From Tubulanus polymorphus (taxonomy: Eukaryota; Animalia; Nemertea): DNA of 64,000 bases. Both the position numbers and the translations under genes were made by a program. The stretch covers positions 21,042,560 through 21,106,559 of the forward strand of contig NC_134027.1 in assembly GCF_964204645.1 (NCBI RefSeq), given 5' to 3'. The notes beneath the pieces were generated by a model, which was not told where the DNA came from, searched no databases, and saw nothing but the letters and a program-made list of their open reading frames with translations. The stretch's first letter is position 1; every line of letters begins with the position of its first letter. This document shows, piece after piece, positions 37,529 through 52,500 of the stretch.

Positions 37529-40500
37529 CTACTTTTCAGTAGCCAGAAATCTAAGCACACACCTCGGACAAGCGAGTGGATAAAACTTCTTATCACTTTT
37601 ATAAATTTTCAACATAACTTCCGCCGTTTTCTTAACTCTGGCTAAATCGCCGAAAAATCCTTCACTGAAATCCGGAAGGATTTTTTCGTGGAATTGTTCG
37701 CGCGTAAAATAATGCCCACACGTGAATGCGAATACGCCAGCGCCCTCTGAATTATCGGAATGATTTAAAGCATTTATTTCGTTGTTCGTTAGAGCGATGT
37801 GATGTCGTTTGTTTCGACCTTCCTCGAGATGATTGTTTATTTCGTCGCGAAGTCTGTCTGTCAACTGCTCAGTTTTCTGTCGAGTATCGTTGACAGCCGC
37901 TGACCCTACGTCATCTACGCCTGTCACATTCAGCGTGCACTCACTAACGTTGCCTTCTCGGATATCAGCGACAACGCGAGTTGAAACCGATAAGCAAAAT
38001 TTAACAGAAAACAATCTGCATATTTCATCCCCAAGCTCCTCTTGTCCACTAAAAAATGATTATATACGTTACCGAAAAAATGAACAATTTGACACCACTT
38101 GAAACCATATTCAATGAATATCAAGGCCAAGATGAATATTAAGGTCAATCACAATTGCCAGGTACATTTGAATTAGATACCAGAAACAGTTTCCTGATAT
38201 GAATTGCATTCAGACTCTAGAATAAAATTAAATTAAGCATTAAACATGGCCAACCCATTAGAGCTATAAGTCTGGTTTTGTTAAGCAGCTTTAAGTTCAA
38301 ACTGAATTGACAGATACCATCCTCCCTCGGTAGGGATTCGAACCTGATTGTATCGCTACATTTAGCCACGGTATGAAACCCTGCCAGACCAGATGCGTAG
38401 GTACATGCACAGGTTTGCCGCACGTGTTTGCCAAACGGGCGGCAACAATTAGATTGCTTGTTGCATAATCGCTGAGGAAAGTTTCACAGAAGAAAAATAA
38501 ATGGGAAAACCTGGGCTAATTTCTGATTGGCTAATAATGACATCATCAAAGCTGCCCGTGTAGCTGCCCACTCGGTCTAATATGGCAGGGCTACCAACCA
38601 TGGCGAGTCTTTGAAACCCTGCCGGGGAGGCTGGACCGATGCTTGTAGTGAAGTGAGGAATATATCTCCCAACAGAAAATAATTCTAACATCTGTTTTTT
38701 TATTTCTTGCCCGAACAATCTAGTGCTGAACACAAGATTTCGTTTTTGGATATTACCGGTATTTGTGGTATTTGTCAACTTGTCAAAGAGTCTGGATTTG
38801 AAAATTGGCCTATATAACTAGTCTTTGGTAAACTGACCCACAAGCAATTACCTGAATAGGACAAGTGACAAGGGAACAGCTAATGTTTGAATGAATGGAT
38901 TCAGCAATTCTTCTAGTTTACAGAAATCTAGATCCTCCTGCAGCCAGAACTTGACCATCTGCTGTAGACATTGTTTTAACTCTGAGTGGTTCTCCACGAT
39001 TATTTCACAACTGTTCAACATATTGCTAAAATACAACAACAACTTACAGGTTATGGCACACAAAACATACAACACCTATCAAATGTGTCCAACCCTCAAG
39101 AATTTGATGAAAATTTGAAAATGGACTTACAAATGAACTTAATTAAAACACCAGAAATTAGTCATTGTATCACCACACTTTCAGAAATGATCATGACATA
39201 GTGAATGTCTCAAGAGAGGTACTGGTAGTTTAGGGCTGGAAGGACTGCTGTTATGTAAACATTGATATTAACAGTGTCTGGTTCTGTCAAGTTCAATGCA
39301 GAAGATCAAATAAATTAGGTAGGGTGATATTTGATACCAGCACTTGGCAACTATTGACCCCAAAATGACTGCCATGGTGGCCATATTGATAAAGTGAGAA
39401 CTTCTTTATGGTAATCGCCAAATCAAAGAGTATTAGTTCTTGCTGGAGATGAGAAAATAATGCTAGTGCAGTGAAGGTCCAGGCTGTCTAAATGCACTAC
39501 TGGGCGATACAGTCTATTTCTAGTGCCCTTTGGAAAATATAGAGCTATAGACTATGCAAGCATTTTCAACTCAATACACAAATCAGTAAATGGCCCTCAC
39601 AATGCACAATATGTGACTAAGATTTAGACTTGAAGCCAGGACCTTGACGTCATCATAAAAGGGTAAAATCTAACAAAATTTTTCATGGAGTGGCTACAGG
39701 CCTCCAATGGATACTACTTACTTCAATCCAGTTTTGATTACTTCCGCAGCAGTTTCCAGTAGTTTTGATTGCTCTATAAATCCAACCCAATTATTGGCTA
39801 TTTCTAACATCGAATAGAACAATCCCTTCAAATAGATAAAACCAAGAAACACTAATAACTGTTCACAATACAGTAGAATACACGCAAGTCAGACCACTTG
39901 GGACTGTAATATTTAGTGCGACTTATCTGTATTTCAAGTTATACGAATCCGGATGTTTTTGGATACTTGAAACTTTACTTGTAAATGAATATGATATTAT
40001 GTTACATGAAAATACTGGGGTACATATTTCTGCGGGATACATATTATTGCTAATAGTGAAAAACTGACTTCCAGTCAATCAAAATTATCATATAACAGAG
40101 TTTAAACCGACCTGAATGTAAAGTTTCTGGTTATTATAAATCTCAGCAGTTACACCCCATTGCTTCTCTTGGTTACAAATGCTCACTACTTTCTCCCAAA
40201 CGATGAAATTCGGTAAACTCTGAAACGAATTGTAAATCAAAATTAATAAAAACAGCACACACTCTTGATGACTGATCTTGATGACAAGAACTTACTTCTA
40301 CAAGTATTGGGATAACCTGAGTTGAATATCTTAATGTGGTTAGATCCGGTAGATTTCCGACAAGAGGTTCATCTTTATTCGTTTCACTTCCATTCACCTA
40401 TAGAAAAAAAAACAGATGAGTGGTCATCCAGTGATGTCCACTGAAAAACAACATTTCTATATCCCCCATGTCGACTAAAAATCCATGTGACTACAACTCC

Positions 40501-43500
40501 TTTCCCCCTGTCTGACGGACACTTTCCATCCTTAAAAGTCCCAATTCTCAAGCAGAGGAATTGAATCAGCAAAGAAATACTTAAACAATATGCACTGAAT
40601 GTACGGCACATCATGGACGTATAAACTATAGTTTATACGTCGTCCATGGGCATATATATCATGAATATGTTCAGGTGTTAAAATGAAACATTAATGCAAT
40701 CAATAGACCACCAATACAGCACATGAAGCAAATATTGATGATGAATTTGTTCACAAAGGACAGTTGTTCCATTGACATACCCATCCCATGAAAATGATAT
40801 CCATTTTTCATACCCCCTTGCCTGCATGTGCACCAAAAATCCAATTTTAATTGGTAGACCCTGCTCCCCATCAGGGTAGACATCATTAATGAAACATTTC
40901 CAAATTTAATCTCAAGCCAAGCAAATTTTCCAGGATGAAGGTATACTGCAGTCTGCAGAGTGCTAATGGTTGTATCTTTCTTCTGTAGTCAAAATATGTT
41001 GTTGGCTTTTCTCTTTGGCTGGAGTTATTAAGCTATTCAAGTAGGCATTTGAATCATTGAATGGTATGGAAGGAAGTGTTATTGTATCCAGTGAATCAGT
41101 GTAGCACGTGCAGCATGGTAATGGTGATAAGATGACTTAATTGGGCAATTTTGGTTGGGAAAACTTCCCCCAAGATAGCTGCATTCCATTTACCAACAGA
41201 TGGTTGAATAGTCAAAGTATGGACAACAGGCAAAAAGTTAACAGAATAGCCAGCTGCATCTTTGCTCTAAGTGAGCTTAAAACTCACCCACGCTTGTGTG
41301 GTACTGTTATGCCGCACTGTTCTGCCAGATGTATTTGGTGTCGAACTTGGAATCAAAGTTAATCTCATTGGTGAAGTGACTAATGTCATGGCTGGTGTTT
41401 TTTCAATAGGAATCATTTCTTCACTTAATCCGAGCTACAAAAGATATGTTAAAAATATAAAGTTAAGCACAAATTGAATTCATCTAAATATAGTGAAACC
41501 TTGTTACAACTAATTTCAGGGGGCCAGAAATATAGTTCACTACCCATAAGTTTGCTATATCTAGTAAGAAATTCATCAAATCATCTTACTTGGGAAAAAT
41601 TCTAAGTTTGTTACATAAAATATATTTTTATGCCGATATCCAAGTTCATTAAATAAGGTTCCACTGGCATAATCAGAAATCAGGATTAAACTTAAATATT
41701 TCTAAATCATTCCATTAATACTAACTCGACTTAAACTCAACAATGTTCATCTATCAATTAACTTAATGAGCTTTAACTCTCTCACTGTAAGCGTCAATTA
41801 TCTCTTAACCATTCAACAATACAACAAAGTACAAATTGAGACAAACCTGTGAATAGTCATTTTTGCCAAACGCCCACGTGTCACTATCATTCTGTATTAG
41901 CGAATGGTAAGAACCACAAACTGCTCGACGGATATGTTTTCTGCACAGACTATCTACACGCGTGAACGTCGACGCAACTTTAGTCGATCCAGTTCCTAAC
42001 TGACCGTCAAAATTTTTACCATACACATAAACAAAGCCACTATCGGTGACTAGTAGCGTATGAGCTGTACCGCAAGATACCTATTAAACAAGCATCATAA
42101 AGATACACAAGATTCATAGTTGTAGGTGTAATTGACTCTAATCCGGCCCATACGCAGACTCTACTTTGGGTGGGTGCGAATTCAGATATGGCGGAACGTA
42201 TTTGAGGACGGAGCAGGCAATAGCAAGCCCCACAGGCGCGAAAGCTCCCTGTAGGGGTTTGGAAAATTTGAAGCGTTGTGGAGATATTTCCAGCCAATGT
42301 TAGTGAATATTTCATACAACTTAGTCAATGAAACACTTATGCGTAATCCAATCAATTTTCTTTGACAAAAAGGTTGAAACTCTTGTGGGGGAGGTATGTT
42401 GGCACCCAAAGCACTCCTCTGGTATGGGCCTGAATTTAATGTTTTTGAGTTTAATGAGTTTATTTTCAAGCAAATCCCAACTCAAAAACTTATAAATAAG
42501 TCTTTCGAATAATAGAAATAAAACCCACAATTATCGATCAAATATTCATTCGATCAGGAGTTTCTATAAGACTTATTTTCAGGGAAATGAAATATGCAGA
42601 CACATCACCTGCATACTGTCAAACTTTTGAAAACATCCACTAACATATAAATTCACTATCCCACAAAAAACTAATTTCTAACTGGCAAAAATTGCAGGCG
42701 AATGTTTCTTTTGAGAAAATGCTACAGATTAACTCTTTGCCTGTTAGGCCTATTTTTCAGGTTATGCTGCGCTTTACCAGGATTTCCGTGTTATTCAGAG
42801 ATTCATAAAACAAAAACCAGAAGAGATATCTTCATCAAATTTTTTTTAGTTTGTTCATCTGGTCTTGCTTTTCCATGTAAAACAAGCGCCATTTCTTCTA
42901 AGAGTGATAAAATCTGCAGCAATCACCAGTGCAGAGGGGGTATTTTGCAGAAAATATGTCCATTCATGTGTGTTCAGCCCCCCATTTCAATAGCTGATGT
43001 CATTAACACACTGCATAGAACGACTGATGTATAGTTTGTTTTAGTATTTAAGGGCATTAAACTAACTGGTGTTGTGTGATGAATGCGCCATCTATCGTTA
43101 AAGTTAAGAAACAAGTCAAGCGTACCAGTACGTTTTTGGCAGGCAATGAGTTAATTGTCAACAAATTATAGAAAACAGGCAAGATTTTAATTGTAGTGAT
43201 TAAAGAGCCTTGTCGGTGCAGAACTTCCTGTTAGTCAATTTTATATCACGGATGTGAATTGCTTATTTTCGCATTAACAGCACTGGGTTATGGTGCACTA
43301 TCGGAAAGTCTGATGCGTTCCTAAGTAGTATATGACAAGTGGTAACTAAACCGAGACAACAATAATGTCCGTAGATCTTACCCTTTTAGAAGTGCCAGTC
43401 TCAAAGTATAACCATCACAAATTTCAATGAAAAATGGCCTACCATTCGGAAGCTACAGGTCTTGAGGGCAAAAATGACCTTTTTGGGCATAAAAAAGGTA

Positions 43501-46500
43501 ACACTACGACAATCTTGTGCCCGATTGACCAAATTTGTATTATGCTGATGCTACAAGCTTAGGAAATGGTACTATCAACTGGCATAAACTTTAGACTCCC
43601 AAATCCAAATAGAAAACTATTTCTTATTTTAAGATCTCGAAATCCTGAATTAGACCAAAAATGTGCCCAGTAACCCAAACGACTGTCTAGTTTACAAAAG
43701 TCAGAAGTTACTTCCCATTAGAATTCTATAAATCTAACAAGATTTGTCTTGCCTACCTTAATGATTTTTCCTTCGATCTTGCTGGTATCAAGTATTTTCG
43801 GGTACAAATAATCTTCCTGGTTTCTTAGTACAGGTTTGCCATTACTAGCTATTTTCATAGCGTGCATATAATGACGCAGCCACAATGGACTGCAACCCCA
43901 TGTATACAATGTACGCCCGTCACTGCACAGAGCATACTGTAACAACAAAGAGAAATTTCATACAAAACTGAGAGCATTTTAAAAACATGGACTATCTTGA
44001 CATCCTGAGCGAAAATGAGAACTTTGCTAGTCGAAACGGTGGGAACTAATTATCTAGCGCACATACTTAGATCTTACAATTTTTCTCGCTTGTTTCGTTA
44101 CTGTATGCGTTGCTTCGAAACAAGAAATATTATTCAGTAAAATGTTATTTATTGAAACAATTTATGATTGCTGTGTGCTATGTCAAATCGCCGTATGTTT
44201 CTGCATCTTTTTAGAACCGCTATAAAAAAACTTTCATTTTTTCATTCATAGCCAAACAAGAAACACTATGATCATGCAATGACCATCAGAGGCAAATAGC
44301 GGATTATGTCAACCAATCAAAATCACGGCCATTTTGATATCATGCATTACAATTACTACTTTTCAAATTGCTAATGGCGCTGAATATTTCTCTTCAGTTT
44401 TCTCATTTCACTGTGTGCAAAAGCAGGCGAACTAAATATCAAAACAATGTAGCCTATATGTTAACTTCACAAAATCTGATGATTGCTTCAATTATTTTCC
44501 TGCTGTACATGCTCTGCGCGATCAAAGTCACATCACATTTGAAATTTCAAATGCAGTATGCAGTAGTGAATAATATGAGAAACATCTAGCTGTCTGGAGA
44601 AAATCAAACGCTTTTAAACCAACAAATAATATGAAAACTTACCGTGGTGAAATACTGTGTCGATATGAAACTAACTGGAAACTTGATTCCATCAATTAAA
44701 CGTGGAGTCGTCTGTTTATTGAATCTACCCATGCCCAACTCTCCAAACATATTCAAACCAAATCCGTAAACAGTTCCCTGAAACAAGAAACCCAACAAGA
44801 TCGAACAAATTTAATTTCATCAAAAAATAAGAAAATTGGATATATATATTTCATGAAAAGTTGAATTATGAAAACCGACATGAAAACATCTTCACAAAAG
44901 AAAATAGTGTTCATGAAACCATTTCACACAAGATAGCATTTTTAGAAATTCTGAATTACCTGGTATTTTAGTTTTGTAAATACTGAAATAATTTGAGTCA
45001 AAATGTACTGCGTATACAGAATTTCTGAAGTTACTTTTCCTTATCACGCAAAAAAACTTTTGATGTTTAAATTTCTTAAATCATGGAATGGGAGCATTCA
45101 GTAACACTAGAATGTGCCAGAAAGTTGGGGTCATCAAATAATTTTTTTCTGAATATTTTCATCTTGGATTAAGATTTAAAAGTACTCATACATTCATAGT
45201 AGGGATTAGAGTTCTCCTTAATTAGTCCTACTGATTAAAATGGTGAATTTCCAAAAATACATTTTTTCTGATATGTAAGTCTGTTATTCTCGACTAGTGT
45301 CTAGTCTCAACTCAGGTGCGAGTCCCAATGCTGCATAGTAAGGCAGAGTTTACTCTATATCGGTATTCAATCATCAATGGGTCATTGGTAACTTACTGAA
45401 AGACTGGGTATATGTCAGGATGTTTAGACTTATAATTTTCTGTTCACAATAATAATCTTTTTTTTGAATCAAAAGTCACTTTCATGACATGCTGACCTGT
45501 TCAGTGAGAATGACTGAATGCGCATAACCAGCAGCAACACTTATGATCGGTAGATCTTTCGTAACGATTGCGGTCGGTTTATTACAGTTAATTACTGTAC
45601 CGTGACCAAGTTGTCCATGCACGTTCCAACCCCACGTGTATACTCTACAACGAATGCAAATACAATCTTTCAATTCAAATGAGGTGTGCGCAAAACCAGC
45701 TATAGCACAAGAGCCGCGTTCACACGACAACTAGTTAGACCGGTCTAAATGGGTCCGTACCTGGTCCGGTCCAAATTTAGACCGGACCAAATTTTGGTGA
45801 GCGTTCACACGGCGTTTTGAAACGCGGTGATAAAATCGCTTGTCGCCAGGCCCACAAGATGTCGCCATCTGCTAAATAATGAATTGCGCCTGGATGAAGT
45901 CTTGCTTCCAGATTCGAAGTATAGCAAGATATTCTTCATTTGACCAATTCGATCCTCTTGTCAGGTTTAGACATTTTTGCGAATTCGATTTTATTCTATC
46001 ACGCTGAAACTCTAAGTGTCGTTTAAACACGGTTCAAAGCGGGGCAGTAAAACGGATGATGATCGCGATATACGAATACGAATTACGCTCCAAACCTTTC
46101 TATAGTATAGGGAGGAAAAACAGTTCTTAAGAATAATTATATAAACGGTAATAAAAGCATTTAAAACTTAATAAACTGGACTCATACTCTGCCGCAGAGG
46201 TCGCGACATCTATAACGCAGGGATTCAGAATTACGATTTAGACCGGACCTGGTACCAGTTTCTGTCCACACACACATATTTAGACCGGTCCAAAATTTGG
46301 TCCGGACCTGGTTCGCTCTTTTAGACGGTGCCAAATTAGACCGGTCTAATTTGGAACGGTATTTTTGCCCGTGTGAACGCTTGGTCCGGTCTAAATTGGA
46401 CCGGACCAAATTTAGACCGGTCTAAATTTCGTCGTGTGAACGCGCCTAAGGACTTGATTTCATAGTCCTTGGTTACTTCTGACTCTAATGGGTTGAAATT

Positions 46501-49500
46501 ATTACATTTCCGATGCGTTAATCCTAGTTTACACATAACTATGGAACCAGGCCAGATGCCTGACTATGGACTAAAGTGAGTTTCACGTACTCAAAATCAG
46601 TTTCATCTTTTGACCAACTTTGAGCTTGCTTTCTAGGCTTTTATTTCCAAATACAATCATATGAGTCAAAAAGTTAATTTTTATATCCATTTGAGGGCTG
46701 GCTACATAATATTTAAATTCAGGAGCATATTAGTTCACTACAAAGTATGTAAATGTAACTTAGCTGGTTTTGAGTAAAAATGCTGAAGAAATTGAAACGT
46801 CTAAGACCCACAAACTACTAGTGAACCTTGTCTGTGTGAAGAGCTTACCGATGTTTTGAGGTAAGAATGATGTTATGGTATTGTCCACATTGTATGCGAG
46901 TTATCGGTTGATTAGACACAGTTTCTAACAGCATCGGTCGAGTGTAAGTTTTATAATTACCAACACCGACTTGTCCGTATGTAGAATCACCCCAACCATA
47001 TAACTATCGAAATAAACAGGAGAAATAAAATGAATCATTAGAGAAAAGTCAAATTTAATAATCGTATGAATACCAGGACATGGTTCCAAGTTAAAGGAGG
47101 AATGTGACCAAGTCTGACAATGCCATCTAGTTAAAATCCTTGCGAGGGTGGAATGTGACATCTTACGTTGCAATCAGGTTAAAATTTCGGCATGGTAGGA
47201 ATGATTTAATTCCTTTGAGGGAGGAATGAGAGACTCCCAATGACAAAAGGCTCAAATTTCTGGTTTGGAAAATGAGCTTAGAGAATTGTTTTCAGACTCA
47301 AAACTAAGCCCGTCTTTGTTTGATAATTTATTTTCTTCTATAGCCTTTGATATTTTGTTTGTAGCTAAACTCGGCTCAAGTAGGGTATTGCATAGTATAG
47401 TTCCTTCGCGTATGCTTACTGCGTTGTTCGGTTTATGTGTATCCCAAAGAGAGTTGTCATGTCGACACATTCACATCGCCAGCCATTAACATTCCATGTG
47501 TCAACGTGTCGACGTATCTACCAACCGACGAATTAACTATTAACGATGTATTAACCTCATACACCAAACACACCACGTGACCAAACACATGATAAACCCC
47601 GTACTTAAAATACAAATTGCATTTCTATTTTTCTTTAGTCAATTCCAGTTCTCTGATATTTGTTTCAACACGGTTAAGCATTCAAATTCACAGGTGATTC
47701 ATTTTTTATTTTCATCACTGTTATCGTGAGATGCGCCTCCCAAAAAACAATCGTGGGGACGGTGAAATATGGCATTGTTCACATTGCTACAGAACGACGT
47801 CGATACGTGCCGGATCTTTTTCTTTCAAAATCAAAAATGAAACTTTCGCAGCTGATGCTTATAGTTTACTGTTTCGGTTTAGATTTACTTCTCTTGTTTG
47901 TTTGTGTTTTGTGGTCACCCGTCAACCAGTCAACCCACGATGCTTGTACATACATTGGCGACAACATTGCGACGTGTCGTCCGTCGACCGTCAACCAGCG
48001 GATGATATAGGTCTATGCACTCTATCGTCTCTCATTTTTGTCACCACGATCCTTTTACATAAATTGGCGACAACATTGCATCGTGTCATCCGTCAACCGT
48101 CAACCAGCGGGTGAGATATGCACTCTGTCATCTCTTCAATGGGCCAACCAACAAACAACCAACAGTAGTCAACTGTCACTAGTCGTCGGTCAACCTGTAC
48201 ATGAACTGTTCCTTTGCCGCGCATTAATACCCAATTTTCAATGTATTCATGCGCCAATGTATTAATGCGCTGATACATTAACCGCACAACTTATTAACTC
48301 TACGCCAAGGCACTGTACTATGCTATATCCGACTTGGGCCCTAAACTCTAAAGAAAAATGGGGTATATCTAAGGCTATATCTAAGCAAATTCAAATTAAG
48401 AACTATTTCCAGTTACATATAGCTAATCATTGAAATCATTGATTAAGAAGATGTAGAAATCTAAATTTCTTATTGAAATTGGTTCATTCTTGAATTGTTC
48501 AAGTATTTGAGAATTAAAACACTGTTATTAGCGACTAATAATAATTATGTTCCTTGTACGCCGCATTAATAGTATACATGAAACTCACCCCTTGTTGAGT
48601 AAGAGCTAGCGTATGTTGATTACCACAACTAACTGATAAAACTTTTATACCCATCATGTGTAACGTTTCCACTCGACAAGGTGGATGCCAGCTATATCTT
48701 TGCGTGATATTGCCGTGGCCTAGTCGACCGTTATCCGTACATCCCCACATAAACAGATCACCATTTGTGATAAGAGCGCTATGTGAATATCCACAAGCTA
48801 TAGGCTGAGTGTGAATAGTATATTGATGTCCTCCTTCAGTGCTCATTGAATCACATTCACTCTAAAAAATATAGACAAATATATTTCCATGATAGATAGA
48901 TACAAAATCTGTGAAGCAATAATTCTCATCCCTGACATGAAATACACTCAGTTACTTACGATGGATTTTTTACGGTGAACCGCCACAGATGGAATTACCG
49001 ATGACAAACTGCAACTTCCTTTTTTCCTTGCCAAAACTAACACAATACGAATAAAGAACTGGATCATATTGTTAGTTTTTTCGACGAGTGAATTTGTTTC
49101 CTCCTACAAATAGTAGTATATAAACACTAGTTATGATGGATTACAAACCTATGCTCAGTTTCATCGACACTGCCAGGTAGATATCGATAGATATAATATC
49201 TGCCCATTCCGCTGCAATAATCTTGTTTATGAGAAATCTGGACTAATCACCATTATTTTACATATAGATGCACTGTAAATAATATCTGAAATAATTTGAA
49301 GTTCAGATCACACATTCACCGCCACTATGATTAGGGCCATTGCGAGTATGCTTGTAGATTGGCACTAGAGCTATAACATAACCAGACTTTGTTAAAAAAA
49401 GACCAATGAGCATTTTAGAATAAAGTAGAGTTTGTTCACATTGCCAGCCAATCAGGAACAGTTTCATTCCTGTATGCCAGAGCTCAATTATCTAACAGCG

Positions 49501-52500
49501 AATAGGAAGAATCAGGTATGAGTATACTCGTGTAGTACTAGTGACAGAACTGAAACTACGAGCGTGTTCATAGCCAGCGGCGACTTGACTGGTTTGACTG
49601 TACAGCTAAAAAGCTGGTTTGACTTTACAGTAATAGAGATCTATAGATCTATAGAGCACAGGACTGCTAGGTATTCCTAACCTTAAAATGGTAGACTCCA
49701 TTTACCCCGGAGCTGATTGCCTCGGACTATCACATGGCCTGGACCAAATATATGTAATACAAATTTTCTTACTCCATTTCATTGTGATAATAACCCATTC
49801 CTGCTACGACCACCCCAAATTCTGTGTAACTCCAGGAGAAATTATTGGTCCTGCGAGATCCGACGCAAGCAGAGTCTACTGTTCATGCAATACAGACAGA
49901 TAAGCTTTGTTGAGACACGAGATTGTATTATAAATAAGGTTTCGTACCTCAGTTTCATCAGTAAGAGTTTCAGCTAATGAAGCCATAGAACTCACAGATA
50001 ATAAAGAACTTTCACTACTTGACCTGAAAATCATAAACATTAAGTGCTCACTAATGACCCAATATTTTACAGCATTTGGAATAACATGATTGCTCCAAGA
50101 ATCAGAGTATAAAAGCTTGAATTAAGCTCGACAGTCTACAGCCAATCCTCAAATGAACCCAAATACAATGATCTGGGTAAACCGTTTTCTCAAACCCAGC
50201 TCCGACCTTTATAGCCCTAGTCATTAATCTAAAACAAACACAACCTAAACCTCTCCCTACGCCCATCATAACTCAAACCCCTCCCTAATGCCAATACAAT
50301 CACCTCCCTAATTCCTATACTTCAGTTAATCAAGACAACACCACCAATCATAAACCACTCTCCCAACCAACCCATATACAACCTAATCCGGAAGACACCC
50401 ATCCGCCAGCTTGCAATCAAGAATCCCATCAAAAAGGTGTCATCAAGATTTCGTTTTGTGATAATTACCAACTCACCAAAATCGATATAGGAATTATGAT
50501 AATATCATTCAGGTATCATGGTTGATGCATCTCTACACACTGATACGTATAACATTGTATCCATGTTGTTCTTACTAACCTGGGTATATTTTTTACATCC
50601 TTCAGTCTCTGTAGGTACATCTGAAGTAAAGGTTTGGATGGATCAAAAAGGTTCGCCAGTTGAATTAGATTCGACTCGGACATCGAGCTTAACTGATGAA
50701 ACAATGGCACAATGAGTTCGGCAGCAGTCAACGGTTGATTCATCAGGAATAATAGATTATTCTTTACGTCCATACAACGAACAAAACTACCTGCAAGCAT
50801 GATATGTAGACAATAGTTTCTTCAATCAAAATACATTCTAGTATCAGCAGATGACCAAATAGGGGTGGAAAAAGGGAGGAAAAAACCCTCACTGTAGAGA
50901 ATGAAAGACAGAGGCTTAATTAAGGAAAGGTTTATGAAAGTTGAAATTAAAAAGCTCTCTTACCACCTCCAATTTTTATCATTGACATCGATGACCCACG
51001 ATTGAGTAAGCTTTGAATCCGGTCAGAAGACAGAACTAGATATCCTTGACGGAAAAACGTTTCTAACACTTCACCAATTAAACCACGACTCTGTTAACGA
51101 ATATCGATAAAAGTGATGGTGCCAAGAATAAATAGGGGGAATGGTGAAATTGTCACTACTTTTATATTGTCCCTCTGTTTCCCCACTTTTCAGATCTTTT
51201 TCGTCATGAAAATCCTGGATTTTCTGCACTAAACTGAATGAATGAATGAATATCTTTTACATAGAACCGCAGAGTTTACAAATCTAAGTAAATCCAACTA
51301 AAAATCCCAAGGCATAGTAGTCTTTAAACCGACAGGCTATAAAACCAAAACAATAGGTACACCACATATTTCTGTAAACAAATTACCAAAACTATTACAC
51401 TTTCTGAAAATACTTACAGAAATTTCAACTTAGCATTTTTTTATATTAACACATCAATTTAAACTCTGAGCCATCTTCAAATTGTTGCCATACAAAAACG
51501 TGACACCAAATTGAATTATTAGGATATAACCCAGATCTAATCATATCAAGGTTACCTTGGCTAATTCAAATAGTTCATTGACCATTCCATGTTGAAACAA
51601 TAACTCTAAAGCCATTTCCTCATCATAACAGAAATTATTCATCAGGAATTCTCTACAAAAATCAATAAGAGATTGTTCATTTTTTGTTCAACTGTCGACA
51701 GCTACAATGACAACTTCACAAATATTATTGTATCAGATTTTCAATTCAGCAAGCTCAATTCTTGAAAAATCACAATTTCCAGTACGAATTTGTATTTCCG
51801 AGGAAACTTACTTGTAAAAATATACTAAGTCATTGCTAACTGGCTGGATTTATGCCAGAATAAATCACTTTTAAGAATTGGCAAGTGGCGCCCTCATCAG
51901 AGGTGACTTCCAGCTTAAAATGCTCAGCTAAAAAGCCAAGCAGGGAGGATGGGAGGGACTAAACTATATGTTTTTACAGGTAAGTCTTTCGAAAATACCA
52001 ATTTCAATACTAAATATTTGGATATTTCCTTCAATACATTTACTGTAAAAAATGCAAAGCCAGTTTACCAAAGTTAAGGAGGTGGGATGGTCTCAAAAGT
52101 TGTCTAGTAAAGAGAATAGAATAAGTAGAGGCTTAATGTTTAAAGTAGGAGTACTTGGAGCTGATGTTCGATAGAAACCCTAATAATAAGAAACACACGA
52201 ATATCAATAGGGTTTTCTGTGAAGTAACAGAAAACCCTAATAATGGCAAATACACTTGCAGTTCAATGCTTCCTATGGCGTTCAGTGCCAGTCCTATGTA
52301 CCTGTAGGCCTAATGGACCAGGAGTACAGAGGACAAGCCCAAGATTCCGTTCGATTTTTGTTATTTCATTTTTCAAATGCAGACTTTTTAAACCAAACCA
52401 GATGTCATCACAAACCAAAAATGAAGACGAACATAAACCTATCGATTGGCAAAGGGACATCTGGCATGGTTAGAACAAGGACCTAAGCAAGACAACTGAG

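Noticed and set aside
38322-38372. tRNA gene
   Set aside because: A and B boxes are only ~14 nt apart; no cloverleaf can be formed.
45730-46440. CRISPR-like array of palindromic repeats
   Set aside because: Eukaryotic context, irregular spacing, no unique spacers; these are transposon subterminal repeats within TIRs.
50200-50420. Interstitial telomeric repeat
   Set aside because: Only a C/A-rich, G-poor degenerate tract with no true (CCCTAA)n run.
51880-51910. CTGATGA on the minus strand as another hammerhead
   Set aside because: No GAAA box after the potential stem; the same applies to CTGATGA at ~1283, ~36224 and ~56113.
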